NCBI GenBank assembly: GCA_964442455.1
Contig: CAYTZB010000001.1
Coordinates: forward strand, 85,910 to 149,909
Reading direction: 5' to 3'
Length of the DNA: 64,000 bases
Source: an uncultured Gammaproteobacteria bacterium
GTDB taxonomy: Bacteria; Patescibacteriota; Microgenomatia; UBA8517; JACQJR01
Both the position numbers and the translations under genes were made by a program. Under the pieces are notes generated by a model. It was given only the letters and a program-made list of their open reading frames with translations, was not told the DNA's origin and made no database searches. Shown here piece by piece: positions 58,676 through 64,000 of the stretch (positions within the stretch are counted from its first letter, which is position 1; every line of letters starts with the position of its first letter).

Positions 58676-60514
58676 ATGAATATACGAAACGTTGCCATTA
58701 TTGCTCATGTTGACCACGGAAAAACCACTCTCGTGGATGCTTTGCTGCGCCAAAGCCACACCCAATTAAATAAAGAACAATCTGAGGAAAACCAAATAAT
58801 GGACAGTAATGAGCTTGAACGTGAGCGCGGCATAACGATTTTCTCCAAAAACGCTTCTGTTGAATACAAAGGCACAAAAATTAATATTATCGATACTCCA
58901 GGACATGCCGATTTTGGCGGAGAGGTCGAACGTGTTCTTTCCATGGCTGATGGAGCTTTGCTTCTAGTTGATGCAACAGAGGGGCCCATGCCCCAAACGA
59001 GATTTGTCCTTAAGCAGGCCTTAAAAATGGGCCTTAAAGTTATTGTCATTATAAATAAAATTGACGCTAAAAATGCTAAGCCCGAACATGCTCTTGGTAA
59101 AACATTTGATTTATTTGTAGAGCTGGGGGCAGACGAAGAAACCGCATTTTTCCCAACTGTTTATGCTTCAGGACGCGACGGTAAAGCAGGAATAGGGACC
59201 GATTTAGGAAAAATGACAGACATTATTCCCATTTTTGATGCAATTTTGAAATATGTACCGGAACCGCGTGTTCATGGCCTAAAACCACTTCAGATGAGAG
59301 TTTCGACTATCGGCAAGGATAACTATAAAGGCAGAATTGCCATTGGGAAGATTTATTCGGGAATAATTAAAAACGGCCAAGATGTTGCACACATTAACCG
59401 CGAAGGAATAATTTCTAAATATAAAATTACGTCTCTTTCTACATTTAAGGGACTCGGGAAAACTGATGTGGAAGAAGCCCAAGCAGGAGATATTGTTGCC
59501 GTTGCAGGAATTGCCGATGTAAATATTGGGGAAACCATTGCAGATCCGGTTACACCGGTTGCCTTACCGCTTTTATCAATTGAAGAACCAACCGTAAAAA
59601 TGATTTTTATGGTTAATAATTCTCCGTTTGGAGGACATGAGGGAGAATTTAAAACCTCACGTCAAATAAGCGCCAGGCTTCATAAAGAGCTTGAAACTGA
59701 CGTTGCCTTGAGGGTTGAAGACAATTCGGACGGTACCTGGACAGTTTCGGGGCGTGGTGAACTTCACTTGGCAATCTTAATTGAGAGAATGAGAAGGGAA
59801 GGATACGAGTTTCAGGTAAGCCGTCCCCACGTTATTAACAAAACTATTAATGGAGTGAAGATGACGCCTTTCGAAAAAGTGTATATAGAAGTCCCTCAAG
59901 AGTATTCCGGAACTGTTATTCAAAAAATGGGCCAGAGACACGCCAAAATGGACACTATGGAAACCCGTGAGGGAGTAATTTACTTGGTGTTTACGGTTGC
60001 AACGAAGGAGCTCATCGGATTTAGAAGCGAGTTTATTACGGATACAAAAGGACTTGGAGTTATTAACGCTGCATTTTTTGAATTTCAACCGGACGACAGT
60101 TTTCAAAGGGAAAGGGAAAGAGGGTCCTTGGTTGCGTATGAAAGTGGAGAGACAAGACTTTACGGCTTAACCGGAGTCCAGGACAGAGGTGGGCTTTTTG
60201 TCGGCCCGGGGATATTAGTTTATAAAGGCCAGATTATTGGCCAAAATTCACGATCGGGGGATATGAGAGTTAACGTTTGTAAAGAAAAGAAACTCAGTAA
60301 CATGCGCTCAAAAGGTGACGGAACAAGGGAGCATTTTAATGCCCCAAAAATAATGGGTCTTGAGGATGCGCTTGAATATATCGACGACACGGAACTAGTT
60401 GAAGTTACTCCCAAAAGCATTAGGATTCGCAAAATGATTTTGGATGAAGTGGAAGAGCGCAAAAACCAAAAACTTCGTCAGGTTTCAGACGAATCACCTG
60501 TCTTGAGCGGGTGA
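58676..60514 (+). CDS. typA: Translational GTPase TypA/BipA
   Basis: AHVDHGKTTL, DTPGHADFGGE and NKID G-motifs, with EF-G-like domains over 612 aa. Confidence 0.92.
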   Translation: MNIRNVAIIAHVDHGKTTLVDALLRQSHTQLNKEQSEENQIMDSNELERERGITIFSKNASVEYKGTKINIIDTPGHADFGGEVERVLSMADGALLLVDATEGPMPQTRFVLKQALKMGLKVIVIINKIDAKNAKPEHALGKTFDLFVELGADEETAFFPTVYASGRDGKAGIGTDLGKMTDIIPIFDAILKYVPEPRVHGLKPLQMRVSTIGKDNYKGRIAIGKIYSGIIKNGQDVAHINREGIISKYKITSLSTFKGLGKTDVEEAQAGDIVAVAGIADVNIGETIADPVTPVALPLLSIEEPTVKMIFMVNNSPFGGHEGEFKTSRQISARLHKELETDVALRVEDNSDGTWTVSGRGELHLAILIERMRREGYEFQVSRPHVINKTINGVKMTPFEKVYIEVPQEYSGTVIQKMGQRHAKMDTMETREGVIYLVFTVATKELIGFRSEFITDTKGLGVINAAFFEFQPDDSFQRERERGSLVAYESGETRLYGLTGVQDRGGLFVGPGILVYKGQIIGQNSRSGDMRVNVCKEKKLSNMRSKGDGTREHFNAPKIMGLEDALEYIDDTELVEVTPKSIRIRKMILDEVEERKNQKLRQVSDESPVLSG

Positions 60515-60518
60515 AACG

Positions 60519-61280
60519 CTATCGATCCTCCCTTAAGGATGGGGTTGCTCTTTTTATGAAGTCAGCTTTTGTTTGATAAACCAAGACTTGGTTTTTGTAT
60601 GCCTCCAATGATTCCCGCATTTGCGCATCCATACGATTTATTGGATCGCTTAATCCCAAATCAAACAGTCTATAAAGTTCAGAGGGAAATGGATGTCCTT
60701 CTATATTAAATCCCCATCTTCGAGCGGCAATAGTTCCCATGCGGGGATGGGTCAACCCAACAACAAAATCTCCTCTCATACTGTTCAATATAATTGAATC
60801 AGCCACGAGTTCAAACGATCTTGTTAGCATCGCTGGTGTTACGACCGTACCAGCAGGACTGTCTTCGAAATTAACTTTGGGAATTTGGAGATCAATGGTC
60901 TGGGTTCCTCGAGGAATGATAGTTTCACCGTTCTCATTAACGAAATCCCAATCAGTAGTATCTTCTCTGAAATAAAGGATACCTAATCGTTTGTACTGAC
61001 GAGGGTCATACTCATGCGGTTTTTCTATGAAACGGTGAATAGTGCTAAAAGGAACAGTGAGTATTCCTCCTCCTTTAAGACTATTACGTAAATGATTAAA
61101 TAAACCCGTGATATTTTCTTCTGCTCCCCTCGTTTTTTCTTCTTCACTAAGAGTTTCTTTAACTGTATCCTCAATTGTATCCACATAATCTAATGCGTCG
61201 GCTATGTCAAGATCATCTATATAGTAATCTCTACCGACTTTTTTATTAGATTCGGCTCCTGTGAATTCGGCTTTACTCAT
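60519..61280 (-). CDS. Hypothetical protein (253 aa)
   Basis: ATG-initiated ORF convergent with typA. No family recognised. Confidence 0.5.
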   Translation of the reverse strand: MSKAEFTGAESNKKVGRDYYIDDLDIADALDYVDTIEDTVKETLSEEEKTRGAEENITGLFNHLRNSLKGGGILTVPFSTIHRFIEKPHEYDPRQYKRLGILYFREDTTDWDFVNENGETIIPRGTQTIDLQIPKVNFEDSPAGTVVTPAMLTRSFELVADSIILNSMRGDFVVGLTHPRMGTIAARRWGFNIEGHPFPSELYRLFDLGLSDPINRMDAQMRESLEAYKNQVLVYQTKADFIKRATPSLREDR

Positions 61281-61398
61281 ACTAGGTGAAATTACTTTTG
61301 TGAGCGGGTGACCGTACTTTGCTCGAACCTGTACGATTCAATCACCCCTGACTTGATGTTACAACTTAATATATTGAAAAGCCATTTAGGACACGAGT

Positions 61399-61761
61399 TT
61401 AGTTATTGAATTCAGTAACTGGTTTTGATTCAACGACTCCATTCTTAAAACAAGTTTGGACAAGGTAGTAAGAAAAGTCAGCGTATGGCCATAATTTACC
61501 ATCTGTTGAATATCTCCAACAAATGTAATTAGGATTATTACTTCCATAGTTATGCTTATCAAGTGGTTTACCCAGTATAGCCTCTACTTGTTCTTGAGTC
61601 ATTCCAAGTTCAACTCTGTTAAATTTTTCCCACGCAAAATCTTTAGCAAAAATGGTATCGACATAAGGATTAAATGGAAAATGCATTTCTAAAGAAGAAT
61701 ATAGTTTTAAACCTAGAAGTAAAACGAGGATAGCAAGGACAATCTTAACTTTTTTGTTCAT
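61399..61761 (-). CDS. Small membrane-anchored protein with SmpA/OmlA(BamE)-like fold motif
   Basis: N-terminal TM helix present. GMTQEQVEAILGKP is typical of the SmpA_OmlA/DUF3862-type domain. Confidence 0.4.
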   Translation of the reverse strand: MNKKVKIVLAILVLLLGLKLYSSLEMHFPFNPYVDTIFAKDFAWEKFNRVELGMTQEQVEAILGKPLDKHNYGSNNPNYICWRYSTDGKLWPYADFSYYLVQTCFKNGVVESKPVTEFNN

Positions 61762-61801
61762 AAATCTAACTTTCTGTGTATTTTTGTAGATAACTGTTGA
61801 T

Positions 61802-61844
61802 TGGAGCGGGTGATGGGATTTGAACCCACGGCCTCTTCCTTGGC
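61802..61844 (-). pseudogene. 3' partial tRNA-Gly(GCC)-like fragment (anticodon to CCA)
   Basis: GCCAAGGAAGAGGCCGTGGGTTCAAATCCCATCACCCGCTCCA has a T arm (GTGGG-TTCAAAT-CCCAT), a Gly-type acceptor 3' strand and U73-CCA. No matching 5' half (GCGGGTG...) is present. Confidence 0.6.
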
Positions 61845-61855
61845 CCTGCCATTTC

Positions 61856-61929
61856 TGGAGCGGGATACGGGAGTCGAACCCGTCTTTCTACCATGGGAAG
61901 GTAGTGTTGAGCCGCTCAACTAATCCCGC
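61856..61929 (-). tRNA. tRNA-Gly (anticodon CCC), CCA encoded
   Basis: GCGGGAT/ATCCCGC acceptor, GTTG-AGCGGCT-CAAC, CTACC-TTCCCAT-GGTAG, ACGGG-TTCGACT-CCCGT, and U73-CCA. Confidence 0.9.
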
Positions 61930-61945
61930 ATAGGATATGGCGGGG

Positions 61946-61965
61946 TACCGCTGAACTACGTCCGC
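61946..61965 (-). pseudogene. 5' partial tRNA fragment (acceptor 5' strand + D-arm 5' half)
   Basis: GCGGACGTAGTTCAGCGGTA matches positions 1-21 of Gly-type tRNAs and then diverges (no GAAC D-stem return). It is preceded by a TGTGGTAAAAT -10 element (plus-strand 61983-61993). Confidence 0.55.
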
Positions 61966-62035
61966 ACTTCATCTTTCTTTTCATTTTACCACAACCACAA
62001 AGACAGGCTTTTAATTAAATGAAACCTATGCGAAA

Positions 62036-62593
62036 TTAGCGGGGTAGGTTCAAAATGTTCCCTGCGTGAATAAGGTCGGGATTTGCTAATTCATTCGCTT
62101 GGGCTATTTTTACCCACTGATACCCATCTCCATACGCTCGAACCGCAATATTCCAGAGATTATCATCTCGCACAACAGTATAAGAGTCACCAGTGATAGC
62201 ATTACCTGATATATCAGCAGAAACAGTGGGAGATGTCGCTGCCTGTACTACTTTCGGTTCAACTTTAGGAATTATTAATGTTTGTCCTACTGCGAGTAAA
62301 TTTGCATTCAAAAGATTATTTTCACGCGCTATATCCACCCAGTTGTAACCTGAATTGTAATATTTTTCGGCAATTCCCCACAGGTTTTCACCAGCGCTTA
62401 CCGTATGTTCTGTAGGCAAGGTGGGTGTTAGTCTTTCCTCTGTTGTTATAGATCCGGGAGTTGTAGTGGTTCGTAGTCCTCGGAAATAGTTGATAACTAG
62501 GATACCGACGACTACCACCACAATTGCACCAAGTAGCATGCTTATTGTTCCTTCATTAAGCTTAACTGCCTTGAGTATATTTTTAAGGTCCAT
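62036..62593 (-). CDS. LysM-repeat protein (two LysM domains, N-terminal TM anchor)
   Basis: HTVSAGENLWGIAEKYYNSGYNWVDIARENNL...GQTLIIP and YTVVRDDNLWNIAVRAYGDGYQWVKIAQANEL...GNILNLP. ATG 62593 with SD GGAAGGAGGTG is preferred over the ORF-track start 62665. Confidence 0.8.
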   Translation of the reverse strand: MDLKNILKAVKLNEGTISMLLGAIVVVVVGILVINYFRGLRTTTTPGSITTEERLTPTLPTEHTVSAGENLWGIAEKYYNSGYNWVDIARENNLLNANLLAVGQTLIIPKVEPKVVQAATSPTVSADISGNAITGDSYTVVRDDNLWNIAVRAYGDGYQWVKIAQANELANPDLIHAGNILNLPR

Positions 62594-62684
62594 TATGTGA
62601 CTTTTCACCTCCTTCCTTGATATAGGCAGGCCTGCCTGCGCAGACAGGAGTTTGTGAGCAGTCAATAAAAGTTTAGCTGTTCTG

Positions 62685-62757
62685 CGGACCCGACCGGAAT
62701 CGAACCGGCGATCTTCCGCGTGACAGGCGGATGTGTTAACCGCTACACCACGGGTCC
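62685..62757 (-). tRNA. tRNA-Asp (anticodon GTC)
   Basis: GGACCCG/CGGGTCC acceptor, GTGT-AGCGGTTA-ACAC, TCCGC-CTGTCAC-GCGGA, GCCGG-TTCGATT-CCGGT, and G73. CCA is not encoded. Confidence 0.9.
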
Positions 62758-62833
62758 ATTTTGCTTACTATATCATAAGCTTCTTGGTCTCGTCAACAAG
62801 AGGTGATATTATTAAAGTGCCAACCTTTGTAGG

Positions 62834-64000
62834 ATGAAAATGCATCGTAACATGACTAATCAGGAGGTTGCTCAGCTTCTTCAAGCTGTTGCTGCGGCAC
62901 ACCAGTTAAAACCTGGCGGGGCAAATACCCGTTTCCGAGTAGTAGCCTATGAGCGAGCTGCAGATGCCGCTGAACACGCAACAAGTGAACTCAAAGACGT
63001 TTGGGAAGAAGGGAAGCTTGATACCATTCCTGGTTTTGGTTCAAATATTACTGGGTACTTAGACGAGCTTTTTAAAACCGGCAAAGTTTCGCACTTTAAA
63101 ACAATCTTTGCCGGGCTGCCTCCTGCTCTTTTTGAACTTATCCGGGTTCCGGGAGTAGGAGTGAAAACAGCATTCAAATTGACTAAAAAACTTGGAATCA
63201 AAGATGAAAGCCGTGCTATTGAGTTACTCGAGCGTGCCGCTAGGGAGGGGAAAATCCGCACAATTCCAGGTTTTGGGGAAGATTCCGAGGCTGATATCAT
63301 ACGCAGTATTGAGGAAATTAAAGGACGGACGGGAAGAATGCTTCTGCCCTATGCAACCCAAATTGCTGAGGATGTGGTCGGTTGGTTGCGGAAACACCCA
63401 GCAGTAGTGCGTGCTGACCCTCTAGGAAGCCTCAGGCGTCAAGTTGCGACCGTAGGTGATGTTGACGTTGCTGTTGCCTCTAAAAAGCCCCGAGAAGTCA
63501 TTGAACACTTCACAAAGTATCCTAAAAAGGCACGGGTACTTGAGGCAGGAGAACGCACGTCTTCTATTGTTCTACCTGGGGGTTCACAGGTTGATCTGAT
63601 GGTTCAGCCTCCAGAGTCTTACGGCTCACTTCTTCAACATTTCACAGGCTCAAAACATCATAATATTGCTCTTCGTGAGTTTGCTCTGAAACACGGGATG
63701 AGCCTATCGGAGTATGGGATTAAGATTCATGGGAAACTTCGTAACTTTAAGACTGAAGAAGAGTTTTATAAGGCACTAGGCCTTGACTGGATTCCACCAG
63801 AATTACGGGAAGATACAGGAGAGATTGAGGCTGCCCTTGAGGGAAAATTACCAAAATTAATTGATATAGATGACATTAAAGGCGACCTCCATTTACATTC
63901 AAGTTTTCCAATAAAGACCAGCCATGACGAGGGGACTGCAAATTTTGAGGAAATGATTAGAAGAGGAGAAGAGCTTGGATATCAGTATCTTGGTTTTAGC
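62834..64000 (+). CDS. polX: Family X DNA polymerase with PHP domain (3' end outside window)
   Basis: The frame is open to the window end. HhH motifs (IPGFGSNITGYL, VPGVGVKTAFKL), the Pol-beta-like GSLRRQVATVGDVDVAV, HFTGSKHHNIALR, and then the PHP start GDLHLHSSF. Confidence 0.85.
   Translation, partial: MKMHRNMTNQEVAQLLQAVAAAHQLKPGGANTRFRVVAYERAADAAEHATSELKDVWEEGKLDTIPGFGSNITGYLDELFKTGKVSHFKTIFAGLPPALFELIRVPGVGVKTAFKLTKKLGIKDESRAIELLERAAREGKIRTIPGFGEDSEADIIRSIEEIKGRTGRMLLPYATQIAEDVVGWLRKHPAVVRADPLGSLRRQVATVGDVDVAVASKKPREVIEHFTKYPKKARVLEAGERTSSIVLPGGSQVDLMVQPPESYGSLLQHFTGSKHHNIALREFALKHGMSLSEYGIKIHGKLRNFKTEEEFYKALGLDWIPPELREDTGEIEAALEGKLPKLIDIDDIKGDLHLHSSFPIKTSHDEGTANFEEMIRRGEELGYQYLGFS

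Noticed and set aside
61802-61965. Reading the outer fragments as one class II (long variable arm) tRNA or tRNA-Sec with the inner tRNA as an intron.
   Set aside because: There is no D-stem 3' strand and no canonical 7-nt anticodon loop after removal of the inner tRNA. The acceptor has two adjacent mismatches. The U73-CCA end is Gly-like rather than Ser/Leu/Sec-like.

Overview
This 64-kb window comes from an AT-rich bacterium. By inference only, it looks like a small-genome Candidate Phyla Radiation/Patescibacteria-type organism: it has a DUF4012 protein, many orphan ORFs, and many genes with no Shine-Dalgarno sequence or no leader. The backbone is an unusually complete division/cell-wall (dcw) cluster at 6.7-37.7 kb: mraZ-rsmH-ftsL-ftsI-[3 orphans]-murE-murC-murB-[hydrolase]-murF-[small ORF]-murA-mraY-murD-ftsW-murG-ftsQ-ftsA-[9.3 kb insert]-ftsZ-[helicase]. 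Housekeeping genes flank it (recO, glyQS, ileS, rodA, rplU, rpmA, parB, lepB, typA, polX). There is also an envelope-glycan cluster (51-56 kb: methyltransferase, GT4, two GT2, O-antigen-ligase-like) and four intact tRNAs (Val-CAC, Thr-CGT, Gly-CCC, Asp-GTC). No rRNA genes or CRISPR arrays were seen.

The notable feature is how heavily the dcw cluster has been invaded.
1. Between ftsA and ftsZ sits a three-gene module. Its centre is one 2,057-aa ORF that fuses a complete SNF2 ATPase to a complete primary-type sigma-70 factor, followed by an array of about 8 HTH-like units. Its upstream neighbour shares a repeated N-terminal module with it.
2. A 917-aa SF2 helicase gene with five tandem C-terminal repeats lies at the 3' end of ftsZ. 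It is bracketed by a 39-nt perfect direct repeat, and both repeat copies still encode the FtsZ C-terminal peptide using different synonymous codons.
3. A roughly 114-bp hairpin-rich MITE-like element has three copies. One is inserted in-frame inside murC, in the manner of a Rickettsia palindromic element.
4. An AT-rich three-ORF orphan island between ftsI and murE contains a duplicated module (conserved core, micro-ORF and promoter).
5. Long imperfect palindromes built from 10-11-bp phased units lie in several intercistronic spacers.
6. A tRNA-Gly(CCC) gene is nested between 5' and 3' fragments of other Gly-like tRNAs and closed by a 9-bp helix.

All functional calls rest on motifs read from the supplied translations. 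No database search was possible.
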